Virus record (IMG/VR): IMGVR_UViG_3300002307_000018
Coordinates: 1 to 64,000 of that record
Length of the DNA: 64,000 nucleotides
DNA from: a virus
Taxonomy: Duplodnaviria; Caudoviricetes
Reading direction: 5' to 3' (one strand)
Position numbers and translations under genes: made by a program. Of this stretch, positions 37,031-47,536 are shown in pieces. Positions within the stretch are counted from its first letter, which is position 1. Each line of letters begins with the position of its first letter. A model generated the notes under the pieces. That model saw only the letters and a list, made by a program, of their open reading frames with translations, had not been told where the DNA came from and searched no databases.

Positions 37031-37948
37031 ATGGCCTATACACTACAATACTCGCTTGGTACTATTACAGTAGTAGATACCACACTTAACAATCAAACAA
37101 GTCTAAACTTACCAGGAAGAAACTATGCTGGCTACGGTTCGCCTGTTGATCAAAATCAACTGTCGATCTTAGAAAACTTTGCTAGTTTCCCAACAGTTGG
37201 CCCATCAAATCCAATTCCTGGACAAACATGGTTTGATACTGGTACTAAACACTTTAATGTTAATATCAGCAACACATCAACCGCAAACTGGGCAACGCTA
37301 ATTACTAACGGTTCAATTGACGATATTACGCTTGCAAACGTATTCATCACGGGAAATCTCAAGACCAACAACATTACCACTGGCGGACCAACAATTCCTG
37401 GATCAATGACAGGTGCATGGGCACTGACAGCGGGTAGTTCATTCAACACATCAAACGGTTCGTTGATCACTAACTTTATCACAACAGGCGGTCCAACGAT
37501 CCCGGGTGAAATGGTAGGTGCATGGACTCTGGGTGCAGGTTCAACATTCAATGCTACATACGCTGACTTGGCCGAGCGTTTTGAAGCAGACATGGAATAT
37601 GATCAGGGTACAGTCGTAGAACTGGGTGGAGACAAAGAAATCACGGCCGTTCGTGAAGATATGTCTGAAGTAGTTTTCGGTGTGGTCTCTAAGACAGCCG
37701 GCTACACAATGAACGCAGCCGCAGGAACAGATGAAACTCATCCAAAGATCGCAATGGCAGGCCGTGTACCAGTCAAAGTACGTGGAGTTGTCAAGAAGGG
37801 TGATCGTTTAGTATCAGCAGGTCAGGGCTATGCTCGTGCTGCTGCAAAAGGCGAAGCAACATCATTCAACACTGTGGGTCGCAGTCTAGAAGACAAACTA
37901 ACCGATGGCGAAGGCAAAGTATTGGCAGCAGTCAGCGCAAAACTATAA
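37031..37948 (+). CDS. Fibre-like structural protein with putative C-terminal autocleaving chaperone (peptidase G2/IMC-like)
   Basis: Internal duplication ITTGGPTIPG.M.GAW.L.AGS.FN; C-terminal ATYADLAERFEAD...GRVPVKV. Paralogue of 61021..62739. Confidence 0.6.
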   Translation: MAYTLQYSLGTITVVDTTLNNQTSLNLPGRNYAGYGSPVDQNQLSILENFASFPTVGPSNPIPGQTWFDTGTKHFNVNISNTSTANWATLITNGSIDDITLANVFITGNLKTNNITTGGPTIPGSMTGAWALTAGSSFNTSNGSLITNFITTGGPTIPGEMVGAWTLGAGSTFNATYADLAERFEADMEYDQGTVVELGGDKEITAVREDMSEVVFGVVSKTAGYTMNAAAGTDETHPKIAMAGRVPVKVRGVVKKGDRLVSAGQGYARAAAKGEATSFNTVGRSLEDKLTDGEGKVLAAVSAKL

Positions 37949-37969
37949 TAATCAACCTGGAGCAATAAT

Positions 37970-38908
37970 ATGACATACGCACAAGGTGGATTGATAGAAG
38001 CATCAGACTATAACAGGTTCGCAACTACAGGTTCGCCGAACTTGAATCAGTTCTGGTCCACTGGTAGCGGCTCAAGCGGTTATGGACAACCAACATTACC
38101 AACGGTAGTTGCGGGCGCCTCGGCGTTTATTACCGCCGCACAATGGGATCAATTGATGGGCGGGATCAATAATTCTGCGCTGCATCAGGGTACTTCCATA
38201 ACGCCATTACCACTGCCATCAGTAGATGGTCTTATCACATACGTAAGCACGTTACAATCAGCATTAGCTGCAACATACGCAGGAAGATTAAATTGCTCAG
38301 CAGTTGGTACAGACATCACTGCTACTGGTACAAGAACTGCAGACTGGGGAGCACAATTATCAATCCCTATAATTACTTCAGTTATTACAGTTGATTTTGC
38401 CAGTGCTAATCAAGCACGTTATTTTTTTAATGCAGGCGGCACAATATTACTGACTTGCTCACGCACGGGCGGTGCAGGAACAGGAAGTGATCTTCAATGG
38501 TCAATATTATGTGCAGACGTAGGAACTCTTGGATTACCTGCGGTTAGCACTGAACAAAATATTGCTGGGGCAGCTTATCAAGGGCTAACTCAGTTTGGCG
38601 GCGGCGGAACTAATACAGTATACAACAGACTAGGTTATTACGATCTAACTTCGACACCTCAAGTATTGTTCAGACAATTCTTAGGATCACCCTATTCATA
38701 TGCGTATTATGCAGATCACATTGCTATGAGATACGCTATTAGTGGTTCTACAGTAACGATTGAAGTTACTTTTAATGACAATACTCACTCTTATCCAGTT
38801 CCTATTACGGGTTCATTGTCAGTTACTGGTATTGTAAGACCGCCTGAGTCAACACACATAACAAATACATGGGGTACGCCAACTATTTCAGTAACGGCGC
38901 CAGCATAA
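37970..38908 (+). CDS. Virion tail structural protein, paralogue A
   Basis: Thr/Gly/Ser-rich; MTYAQGGLIEASDYN...ARYFFNAGG...RPPES..ITNTWGTP. Confidence 0.65.
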   Translation: MTYAQGGLIEASDYNRFATTGSPNLNQFWSTGSGSSGYGQPTLPTVVAGASAFITAAQWDQLMGGINNSALHQGTSITPLPLPSVDGLITYVSTLQSALAATYAGRLNCSAVGTDITATGTRTADWGAQLSIPIITSVITVDFASANQARYFFNAGGTILLTCSRTGGAGTGSDLQWSILCADVGTLGLPAVSTEQNIAGAAYQGLTQFGGGGTNTVYNRLGYYDLTSTPQVLFRQFLGSPYSYAYYADHIAMRYAISGSTVTIEVTFNDNTHSYPVPITGSLSVTGIVRPPESTHITNTWGTPTISVTAPA

Positions 38909-38931
38909 TAAATAGATATTCGGAGATATAG

Positions 38932-39855
38932 ATGACATACAGTGCAGGTGGTTTAATACAAGCGGCAGACTTTAATGCCATTCTGAACAGCAATTCGCCA
39001 AACTTTAACAGCATTTGGTCTACTGGTGCAGGATCAAGTGGCTACGGTCAAACTGCTATTGGAACAGTATCCGCCGCTGCTCCAGTCGCTGCATCAGCTT
39101 GGAATTCTCTTATCACCAACATGGCAAAATCTGCCACTCATCAAGGTTCAACGATCACAGCACTTACGCCTCCTGTAGCAGGCAATAATATTGCTTATTT
39201 GGCAGCAATTGCTACCAACATGACTACACTGAATACAAACAGACTAAATTGTGCATCAGTTGGCACTGATATCACTAACAGCGCAACTCGTGTTGCTCCA
39301 TGGGGTAGCGGTCAAAGTATTCCTACAGTTACTTCAACAATTACTGTTGTATTTTCTAGCGATGCAACCGCTAGATATTTCTTTAACGCAGGCGGATCTA
39401 TTTTAGTAAGTGCTTCTAATAGTGGTGGCACTGGTGGAGAAGATATTGCTTGGAACAATCTATGTACAGATATTGGTACAATAGGACTCCCAGCTGTCAA
39501 CACTGCTCAAACTCTAGCCGCTGCATCTTATCAAGGTCTGACAAAATTTGGTGGTGGCGGTACTGCTCCTATTACATACACACGTAGTGGTTTCTACAAC
39601 TTAGGCGCATCAACTACATTGTTTCGTCAGTACTCAAACTACTCAGTATACACAAACGATTACATCAATATTGCTTACGCATATAATGGAACAGGAACAG
39701 TAACTATCACAATGCAGTTTGTCGATACTAGCACATTCTTTGCTAACACAGTAAACGGCAATTTGCAAGTAACTGCTGTAGCACGTCAGCCAGAATCAAC
39801 CAATATTTCAAACAGTTGGGGCACTCCTTCTGTAAACGTAACAGCTCCAGCATAA
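38932..39855 (+). CDS. Virion tail structural protein, paralogue B
   Basis: MTYSAGGLIQAADFN...ARYFFNAGG...RQPES.NISNSWGTP; colinear with 37970..38908. Confidence 0.65.
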   Translation: MTYSAGGLIQAADFNAILNSNSPNFNSIWSTGAGSSGYGQTAIGTVSAAAPVAASAWNSLITNMAKSATHQGSTITALTPPVAGNNIAYLAAIATNMTTLNTNRLNCASVGTDITNSATRVAPWGSGQSIPTVTSTITVVFSSDATARYFFNAGGSILVSASNSGGTGGEDIAWNNLCTDIGTIGLPAVNTAQTLAAASYQGLTKFGGGGTAPITYTRSGFYNLGASTTLFRQYSNYSVYTNDYINIAYAYNGTGTVTITMQFVDTSTFFANTVNGNLQVTAVARQPESTNISNSWGTPSVNVTAPA

Positions 39856-39892
39856 AATTCTTTGCACTCATACTGATACGCTAAGTATCAGT

Positions 39893-40201
39893 ATGAATAT
39901 CGATACCATCAAGAAGACCAGCAGAGCAAAATATCTACACTCTTTGGCCAAACTCTCAGCAAAAGAAAATCATGAGGCTCAGTTATTACTGACTCAATAC
40001 GGTGGCACATTCAAGGTCACTCCAGAACTGATTTCATTTCTTGCAGTCGAACATCTAGGCGTTAAGACAATAATCTTAGATATCTTTGATAATCCCATTC
40101 AAGTTGATCGTGTTTGTATGCTGCATATGTGTATCGATCTGTACAATCTGGTCATGCAGTCATGGCTTGATGCAACTAACGAGATCAACAGTAAACGATG
40201 A
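39893..40201 (+). CDS. Hypothetical protein, first gene of the tailoring cluster
   Basis: ORF preceded by TAAGTA-N5-ATG and coupled to the next gene. Confidence 0.65.
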   Translation: MNIDTIKKTSRAKYLHSLAKLSAKENHEAQLLLTQYGGTFKVTPELISFLAVEHLGVKTIILDIFDNPIQVDRVCMLHMCIDLYNLVMQSWLDATNEINSKR

Positions 40202-41013
40202 GTAAAGGCGTACTACTATTCGCACGAGATACCGAAACACGCTCGTACACCAATATGGCTGCTTACTGTGCTAAGCGAGTCAACCAATATCTTAAACTTC
40301 CAGTAGCATTGGTAACTGACATTGATGCCGTAGTTGACGAAGCAATTTACGATCATGTTATACGAGTATCATCAGAAACACAGTCACAAAATCGCAAGAT
40401 GTCTGAACTCACGCAAGTCGAACGTTGGCGCAACTTCAATCGCTATCAAGCATACAACTTATCTCCATATACTGAAACAATCTTAATGGATACCGACTAT
40501 ATAGTCAACTCAACAAGACTGTTACATTTGTTTGATATGAATCAACCGTTCATGTGTCACAAACGCAGAATATATTTGGGCAAAGAGAAATTTTCTGAGA
40601 TTGAATCATTTGGGCGTGACAATGATATGTATTGGGCAACTGTAGTATATTTCAAACGATCATCTGAGGCTGAATCTATATTCAATATGATGCAGATGAT
40701 TCAAGAGAACTATGATCATTATTCAAAAATATACAGATTCAGTACCAGTACATTCAGAAATGACTTTGCAATTTCAATTGCCATCAATGCGGTATATGGA
40801 CATATCATGACGCCTGAGGTTGAGATACCATGGCCACTTATGAACGTAGAGTTTACCACTGATGTCAAGAAACTAAATCAAGACTCATATGAATTAAACT
40901 TTGAGCGTGTGATTGATCAAGACAAGAAGAAATTTAAGATCACAACTTACAGACAAGACTTACACATCTTGAACAAAGACGCATTATTCACCATCATTGA
41001 GAACGATACATGA
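40198..41013 (+). CDS. GT-A fold glycosyltransferase (GT8-like)
   Basis: KGVLLFA...LSPYTETILMDTDY (DxD motif)...RNDFAISIA. Confidence 0.7.
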   Translation: MSKGVLLFARDTETRSYTNMAAYCAKRVNQYLKLPVALVTDIDAVVDEAIYDHVIRVSSETQSQNRKMSELTQVERWRNFNRYQAYNLSPYTETILMDTDYIVNSTRLLHLFDMNQPFMCHKRRIYLGKEKFSEIESFGRDNDMYWATVVYFKRSSEAESIFNMMQMIQENYDHYSKIYRFSTSTFRNDFAISIAINAVYGHIMTPEVEIPWPLMNVEFTTDVKKLNQDSYELNFERVIDQDKKKFKITTYRQDLHILNKDALFTIIENDT

Positions 41014-41783
41014 CCGAAGGATATGTCATTTATGCACTCAACACAGCAGACGTAGACTATGAATGCTGCGCCAGTGTATTGGCCAAATCTCTCAAAGCAG
41101 TAGGCGATACTAGACCCGTTACGATTCTTACTCGCAAAACACTGCTGTGGGATTCAGTCAGCAATCTGACACACGGACCCTATGCCGATGATTGGCAAGT
41201 ATTCTATCGTTCACCCTATGATAGAACGTTCAAGCTTGAAGCTGATATGATTGTCACACGACCTCTAGACAGTTGGTGGACCCTGCTTAAACATCGTGAA
41301 CTACATATCGCACAAGGTTGCAGAGACTATAAGCAGCGTATGGCCACGTCTAGACACTATCGCTATAACAATGATCAGAACAACTTGCCTGATCTGTACA
41401 ACGGTATCACATACTTTACAAAGTCACTGAATGCAGAAACATTCTTTCACACAGTACGAAAGATATTCAAACATTGGACAAAGATCAATGCAAGCTTAGC
41501 ACATCCATCAATGCAACCATACGGAGACACTGATACCGTGTATGCAATTGCCGCTCAAGCACGTGGAATCGAACATTGTACAATGCCTAATGATATGATT
41601 CAGTTTGTACACATGAAGCAAAAGATAAATGGTACATTAGCAGAAGACTGGACTCGTGAATTGGTATATGAATTGGTTGATACTGACTTTAGAATCAATA
41701 CCATTTCGCAATTGTATCCAGTACACTATCATATCAAATCATTGGCAAAAGAACTAGAAGCGTATTATGATAAGCAAGTATAG
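41010..41783 (+). CDS. GT-A fold glycosyltransferase-like protein (paralogue of 40198)
   Basis: GYVIYA...SPYDRTFKLEADM...LYNGITYF...DTDTVYAIA...FVHMK. Confidence 0.65.
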   Translation: MTEGYVIYALNTADVDYECCASVLAKSLKAVGDTRPVTILTRKTLLWDSVSNLTHGPYADDWQVFYRSPYDRTFKLEADMIVTRPLDSWWTLLKHRELHIAQGCRDYKQRMATSRHYRYNNDQNNLPDLYNGITYFTKSLNAETFFHTVRKIFKHWTKINASLAHPSMQPYGDTDTVYAIAAQARGIEHCTMPNDMIQFVHMKQKINGTLAEDWTRELVYELVDTDFRINTISQLYPVHYHIKSLAKELEAYYDKQV

Positions 41784-42060
41784 ACTGTATTATAACTCAG
41801 ATGGAACGCCCAAGTACTATAGCATGGAAGAGCTAGAGGGTACATTCATATACGTAGATCAGCAAACATTCCAAAACTGCCGTTATGATATTACAGTAAT
41901 CAAGGGTGTGATAAAATCATTGAGCGAGGGCATGATATCACGATATCATAGAACTGATCAAGAAACCTCAACCACAATACGAACCGATCCTACCGATATC
42001 TTACTTGTAGTTGGCCAAACAGATAGCTATATTTTATGGGACTACACAGCTAGCATATAA
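41767..42060 (+). CDS. Hypothetical protein
   Basis: Coupled ORF, YRLYYNSDGTPKYYSMEEL. Confidence 0.6.
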   Translation: MISKYRLYYNSDGTPKYYSMEELEGTFIYVDQQTFQNCRYDITVIKGVIKSLSEGMISRYHRTDQETSTTIRTDPTDILLVVGQTDSYILWDYTASI

Positions 42061-42068
42061 ATATTCAC

Positions 42069-43016
42069 ATGAGTGAATATATAAGCACAGATGAATATGT
42101 AGATGTAGCAGACTTAGATACCATCTATCTCTCCTATGACGAGCCCAAAAAGGAAGAATTCTGGGTCAAAATCAAGAACATGATTCCGTGGGCCAAACGT
42201 GTAGATAACGTTGATGGTTCGGATGCCGCGCACAAGGCAGCGGCAGCAATGAGTGAAACTGAGCGTTTCATACTGATTGACGGTGACAACATGCCCTCAT
42301 CAAAGTTCTTTGACATGACGCTGCACTTACACGAGGGCAATAAGAATGCACAGTTTCGCTGGCGTGCGTACAATCACGTGAACGGTCTGTTCTACGGCAA
42401 CGGTGGCATGAGTTGTTGGACACGCACATTCGTCAACAATATGCGTACACACGAGAACACAGATGGCAGTGACACTACCAATATTGAGTTTTGCTTTGAC
42501 CCACAGTACTGGGCAATGCACGACTGCTATTCAACCACATACATCAATCAATCTGCCAAACAGGCATGGCGTGCAGGCTTTCGTGAGGGTGTCAAGATGT
42601 GCACCAGAAATGGAACACCTCCAGCAACTCCACAAGATTTTATGCGTTGGGTTTGGCCATCTAACTTGACAAACCTATCAATATGGCATACAATAGGAAG
42701 AGATGTTGAGAACGGTTTCTGGGCATTACACGGCGCACGTTGCGGTACACACTACTTGATGCTGAACGATAACTGGGATCATACTGATGTGCGTGACTTC
42801 AAGAAGTTAGACCTACTGTGGGAAGATCATAAGAATGACACTGATGCGTACTCGCAAAAAATCGCCACAGAACTCAATCGACATCTTGGAACAAACATAG
42901 TAGAGTTCGATAGTAAACAAAGCAAATTCTTCAAAGACTATATCAGTAAGAATTGGAAGAACACGGGGCCAATGATACGAGAAACATATGGCCCACCACA
43001 ACAGGTGACTTGGTAA
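42069..43016 (+). CDS. GT-A-like glycosyltransferase (GT2-related)
   Basis: IYLSYDEP...RVDNVDGSDAAHKAAA...RFILIDGDN (DxD)...NGLFYGNGG...AWRAGFREGVK. Preceded by TATAAATA-N5-ATG. Confidence 0.6.
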   Translation: MSEYISTDEYVDVADLDTIYLSYDEPKKEEFWVKIKNMIPWAKRVDNVDGSDAAHKAAAAMSETERFILIDGDNMPSSKFFDMTLHLHEGNKNAQFRWRAYNHVNGLFYGNGGMSCWTRTFVNNMRTHENTDGSDTTNIEFCFDPQYWAMHDCYSTTYINQSAKQAWRAGFREGVKMCTRNGTPPATPQDFMRWVWPSNLTNLSIWHTIGRDVENGFWALHGARCGTHYLMLNDNWDHTDVRDFKKLDLLWEDHKNDTDAYSQKIATELNRHLGTNIVEFDSKQSKFFKDYISKNWKNTGPMIRETYGPPQQVTW

Positions 43017-44302
43017 TGATAGATAAAAATAACAAAAGCTTTTGTGCTGTACCATTTGTAAGCACAATGATTAACTCCGATACAACGGTAAGATACTGCT
43101 GTATGGTCAAGGGCGCACACAATAAGATCAAGAAGCCTGACGGCACATTCTACACTTGCAAAGATGACTTTATCAAAGAAGCTTGGAACTCGCAAGACAT
43201 GAAAGACATCAGATTGGCAATGATCGATGGTAAAAAGATCGAAGGTTGTAGTGTGTGCTATGAGCAAGAAGCGAACGGTCGCACAAGCAACAGACAGCAC
43301 TCAATACAAGAGTGGTCGTGGCGTCTTGGCAATGAAGGTCTAAACAAGTTAGTAGCAGAAGCAGTTGATAACAACGGTCACGTAGAAAGTGAACCAGTAT
43401 ACTTAGACTTACGCTTGGGCAACTTGTGCAATCTTAAATGTCGCATGTGCAACCCGTGGAATTCGAGTCAGATTGTCAAAGAGCACGAAAGCTTAGCACA
43501 AAACCCAGAGTACAGCGAAGTATGGCGCAAGACATTTGGTAAGTTCCCTATCACAGTTATGGATGATCAGCAATGGTTTGATCATGATATCATGTGGGAT
43601 CAAGTGATCTCGCTGATACCCAAACTCAAAAAGGTATACATGACAGGCGGCGAACCCACGCTGATCAAGAACAACTTTAAGTTTATGCAAGCGTGTATTG
43701 ATCAGGGGCGCACTGACATTGTTATGTTCTTTAATACCAACTGTACCAACATCAACAAACAATTCTTGAACTTGATTTCACAATTCAAGCAAGTCAACAT
43801 CAATGCATCAATGGATGGTATTGGTATTATCAATGAATATATTCGTGCACCAAGTGATTGGAAGCTGATATCAGAGAACATTGAAAAGCTGGCACAAATG
43901 CCAAATGTCAATCTTGGTGTGACACCTACCATTCAAGTGTACAACGTGTTTGACATTGTGAACATGTTAGAGTGGGTAGATGCACTGAACACTAAGTACA
44001 ACAAGAAAATCTTTGTTGACTTCTTGGTCAATCATCATCCGCATCATCTAGCTGTTAGAATCTTAGACGATGAGTTGCGTAAGACTGCACTAGACATGAT
44101 CATGAACTATAAAGATGAAAGCAAGCATACTCATGACACTAGAAATTCGCTCAAAGGTATCATTGGTCTGCTACAGCAGTCACGAGTCAATGATTGGGCA
44201 GAGCAACTCAACAGATTCAAAGTGTATACCAATGCACTAGATGCGGAACGTGGCCAGTCTATTGCTGATATTGATTCACGACTGGCGGCACTATGTCACT
44301 AA
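43016..44302 (+). CDS. Radical SAM enzyme with N-terminal Twitch/SPASM-like Cys cluster
   Basis: FCAVPF...YCC...CSVC, then CNLKCRMC and TGGEP. Start placed at the TAATG overlap, 43016. Confidence 0.9.
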   Translation: MIDKNNKSFCAVPFVSTMINSDTTVRYCCMVKGAHNKIKKPDGTFYTCKDDFIKEAWNSQDMKDIRLAMIDGKKIEGCSVCYEQEANGRTSNRQHSIQEWSWRLGNEGLNKLVAEAVDNNGHVESEPVYLDLRLGNLCNLKCRMCNPWNSSQIVKEHESLAQNPEYSEVWRKTFGKFPITVMDDQQWFDHDIMWDQVISLIPKLKKVYMTGGEPTLIKNNFKFMQACIDQGRTDIVMFFNTNCTNINKQFLNLISQFKQVNINASMDGIGIINEYIRAPSDWKLISENIEKLAQMPNVNLGVTPTIQVYNVFDIVNMLEWVDALNTKYNKKIFVDFLVNHHPHHLAVRILDDELRKTALDMIMNYKDESKHTHDTRNSLKGIIGLLQQSRVNDWAEQLNRFKVYTNALDAERGQSIADIDSRLAALCH

Positions 44303-45561
44303 ATGACAAGAAGAACTTTTGCATACAGCCATTCATTCATCTTGCAAGTTGGAATGATGGAGCAGTTCCGCTATGCTGTATTGCAAGTCCAGAGCAGGGT
44401 CTGAATCTTAACAAACAAACACCTGTTGAAATATGGAACAGTGAGCAATTCAGAGCAGCTAGATTGAAATTCATTGCAGGAGAGAAATTACCGCAGTGTG
44501 CTAGCTGTTGGAAAGAAGAAGCTAGTGGCATCAAGTCACATAGAATCATTGAGAATTACATGTGGTCTAAGAAGCTGGGAGAAGAATTCTTAGAAGACTT
44601 AATTGCCAAGACTCACAGTGATGGCGCAGTAGATCATAACCCACTTACTCTTGATCTAAGACTAAGCAACGTATGCAATTTACAATGTGTAATGTGTCGC
44701 CCACGCGACTCAAGTAAATGGTTAGCTGACAGTAAGAAGCTTGGTGCTATACTAGAATCACCCAACGCTAAGTCAGACTGGCAGCACAAGTCCATATCTA
44801 TTCAGAATACCAATGTGTTTGATTGGTTCGAGCAACTGCGTACACAAGAAGCACTAGACGAGTTCATTGGTGATATCAGACACATTATCTTTGGTGGTGG
44901 TGAACCATTGCTGATCAAAGATCACGATAGATTCATTCGTCGTTTAGTAGAAACTGGTAACTCTAAGCATATCTCATTACGCTATCATACCAATGCCACA
45001 CAACTCAATGAAGAAATTCTAGAGCTATGGTCGCACTTTGAACAGGTTGAGCTATTACTATCTATCGACGATTGGGGCACACGTAATGAATACATACGCT
45101 ATCCGGCCAAGTGGGACATTATTAAACAGAATCTAGACAGACTAGACAACACACCAGACAACATTGTAGTCAATATTCTTGCATCAGTACATGCAATGAA
45201 CATATACACACTACCCGATTTTGCAATGATGATACTAAACAGCGATTGGAAAAAGATATGCGCTCGTACAGGTAAGATGATTAACGTTGGTACAGTACAC
45301 TGGCCACGTTATATGAGCACCAAGATACTACCTAAGCACGTTAAACGCAAGATCGCAGAACACTGGGCATCATTTACCCAACTCAACGAGAACAAACACT
45401 GGCGTGATAGAATCATTCCGCAAATTGAGTTTATGTTAAGTGGAGATGACAGTGTTTTATTTCCCGATTTACTAGACTATATCGAGAAGTTGGATTCTAT
45501 TAGACCAATTAAGTTCACTACTGTATACGCAGAATATTATAATATTCTAAAGAGCACATAA
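44293..45561 (+). CDS. Radical SAM enzyme with N-terminal Twitch-like domain
   Basis: FCIQPF...LCC...CASC, then CNLQCVMC and GGGEP. Confidence 0.9.
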   Translation: MSLNDKKNFCIQPFIHLASWNDGAVPLCCIASPEQGLNLNKQTPVEIWNSEQFRAARLKFIAGEKLPQCASCWKEEASGIKSHRIIENYMWSKKLGEEFLEDLIAKTHSDGAVDHNPLTLDLRLSNVCNLQCVMCRPRDSSKWLADSKKLGAILESPNAKSDWQHKSISIQNTNVFDWFEQLRTQEALDEFIGDIRHIIFGGGEPLLIKDHDRFIRRLVETGNSKHISLRYHTNATQLNEEILELWSHFEQVELLLSIDDWGTRNEYIRYPAKWDIIKQNLDRLDNTPDNIVVNILASVHAMNIYTLPDFAMMILNSDWKKICARTGKMINVGTVHWPRYMSTKILPKHVKRKIAEHWASFTQLNENKHWRDRIIPQIEFMLSGDDSVLFPDLLDYIEKLDSIRPIKFTTVYAEYYNILKST

Positions 45562-46586
45562 TGGATTTAATAAAACAAAACAAATTCATTGAGGTAGTGG
45601 TCGAGAATGATACCAAAGAAACAATGACTCTAATCTATAGACTATATGATCTAGACATTGTTGATCGTTGGACTGCACTGATCGACAAGAACAATGCAAT
45701 GAAGCACACACTACGCTACAACTATAGAAGAATATTGAGCGATGGTGATATTCTTGATAGATTCATTGAGTTTAAAGACAACATTGATTATATTAACAGT
45801 CACTATGACAGAGTGTTAGCTGATATTGTTAGCATTGATCACTTGTTGAATAATCAAACTATACTAAATGATCTACACGAAGAATACGAAATATACGGTG
45901 ATCGATTGGATAGATTGATCAAGATCAGATACTTTAATAATCCCAAAGCTCATCCAGATTTTTACGCAGAGCCATGGCCTGGTGATCGTAATGAGAATGA
46001 CAAAGTATTACACGAAGCGTTCTTACTATTGAACGAACAAATACATAACTTTGAAGCCTTATTCAAGAACTGGGACAATCGCTTAAAGACACTGTGTACT
46101 TGCTTGACAGATTTTGTACCAGCAGGTCTGCATGAAGATTTAAAGCCAGAAGATTACTTTTTATTTACATGTGATCATGAATGGGGCACAATGTGCTTGG
46201 GATATAATACCTTAGGCAAACACTGGTCATCAGTGTATCGTGACAACGACATTGATGTAGTCAAGCGTGGGGCAGTTAGACCACAGCATAGATTTGCAGC
46301 AGAGTTTTATATGATCTTTGGAATTCGTCAAAGTGCCACCAATACTAGAATGCAATTGTACAAGTGGTGGATGGATAATAATATCAGCGAGTACTGTGAT
46401 CCTAGTATGAAATTAGAAGACTTTGCATTAGGATTCATTCCAGTAGCCAAACTATATAGCTATACAATTAAAAATGTCACTACAAAGATATCATTAGACA
46501 TGACAAGAGAAGAAAAGCAAGCTTGGAATCAAAATATGTGGAGTAAATTTAGCACTGTTATTAGCGTGAGAACAATAGAAAAATGA
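45561..46586 (+). CDS. Hypothetical protein (341 aa)
   Basis: Coupled ORF; no motif confidently recognised. Confidence 0.7.
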   Translation: MDLIKQNKFIEVVVENDTKETMTLIYRLYDLDIVDRWTALIDKNNAMKHTLRYNYRRILSDGDILDRFIEFKDNIDYINSHYDRVLADIVSIDHLLNNQTILNDLHEEYEIYGDRLDRLIKIRYFNNPKAHPDFYAEPWPGDRNENDKVLHEAFLLLNEQIHNFEALFKNWDNRLKTLCTCLTDFVPAGLHEDLKPEDYFLFTCDHEWGTMCLGYNTLGKHWSSVYRDNDIDVVKRGAVRPQHRFAAEFYMIFGIRQSATNTRMQLYKWWMDNNISEYCDPSMKLEDFALGFIPVAKLYSYTIKNVTTKISLDMTREEKQAWNQNMWSKFSTVISVRTIEK

Positions 46587-47536
46587 AAAAGATTATTAAA
46601 GTACAACAACGACCAACTGCACCATTGAATCTAACATGGGTGATTAACAATATCTGTACAAATCAGTGTAGTTATTGTCCACCCGGTTTACACAACGGTC
46701 AAAATCATAACTATGATTGGGAAAATGCACGTAGATTCTTTATTGATTTATTCAAGCGTTATTCTAAGATACACTGTAGCGTAGCTGGTGGTGAGCCATC
46801 ACTTAGTCCGTTCTTTCGTGAGATCGTAGAGATATTCAAAGACAATAACAGTACCATTGGTATTACCTCTAACGCAGCTAAGCCTGTTAGTTACTGGTCT
46901 GATATCTCTAAGTATCTAAACTATATTTGCTTTAGCTGGCATGCCGAATTTATAGACGAAAAGTTTGAAGAAAAGGTCTTAGCTTCTGCTAACAATTGCC
47001 CTGTCACTGTACGTATCATGATGAATACCAGTCATTGGGAACGCAGTGTAGCAGAGTATAATCGTTGGGTCAATAATCCATTAGTGCTAGTAGAACCAGT
47101 TAGAATATTGAACTGGAACTTTGGCGCACAGAACCCATCTACTTACACTTACAACGAAGAACAACTTGAGTGGTTCAAGAATACAGTACCACCCTCTAGA
47201 TATCTAAAACATTTAGATCATCTTAATATTGTTCATCCTGATGTTGCAAGTGCTGATTTTTACTTTGAAGACAATACAGTAGAATCATTTCCCAATATCG
47301 TTAGCTTAATCAACAACGGACAAACAAACTTTAATGGCTACAAATGTGATGCAGGTATAAAGGCATTGTTCATTGATTGGCGTGGAAAGATATACTTGGC
47401 CAATTGTTTGATTGACGGATTCATTGGTTCAATTAACGAGCCTGATACTATTAAGTGGCCTACTGGACCAATCACATGTAACAAGAACATTTGTCATTGT
47501 GCCAGTGATGTGATTATTAGTAAATGGAAAGAGTAA
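46583..47536 (+). CDS. Radical SAM enzyme with C-terminal Cys-rich (Twitch-like) domain
   Basis: CTNQCSYC, AGGEP; C-terminal CDAG...ANC...CNKNICHC. Confidence 0.9.
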   Translation: MKKIIKVQQRPTAPLNLTWVINNICTNQCSYCPPGLHNGQNHNYDWENARRFFIDLFKRYSKIHCSVAGGEPSLSPFFREIVEIFKDNNSTIGITSNAAKPVSYWSDISKYLNYICFSWHAEFIDEKFEEKVLASANNCPVTVRIMMNTSHWERSVAEYNRWVNNPLVLVEPVRILNWNFGAQNPSTYTYNEEQLEWFKNTVPPSRYLKHLDHLNIVHPDVASADFYFEDNTVESFPNIVSLINNGQTNFNGYKCDAGIKALFIDWRGKIYLANCLIDGFIGSINEPDTIKWPTGPITCNKNICHCASDVIISKWKE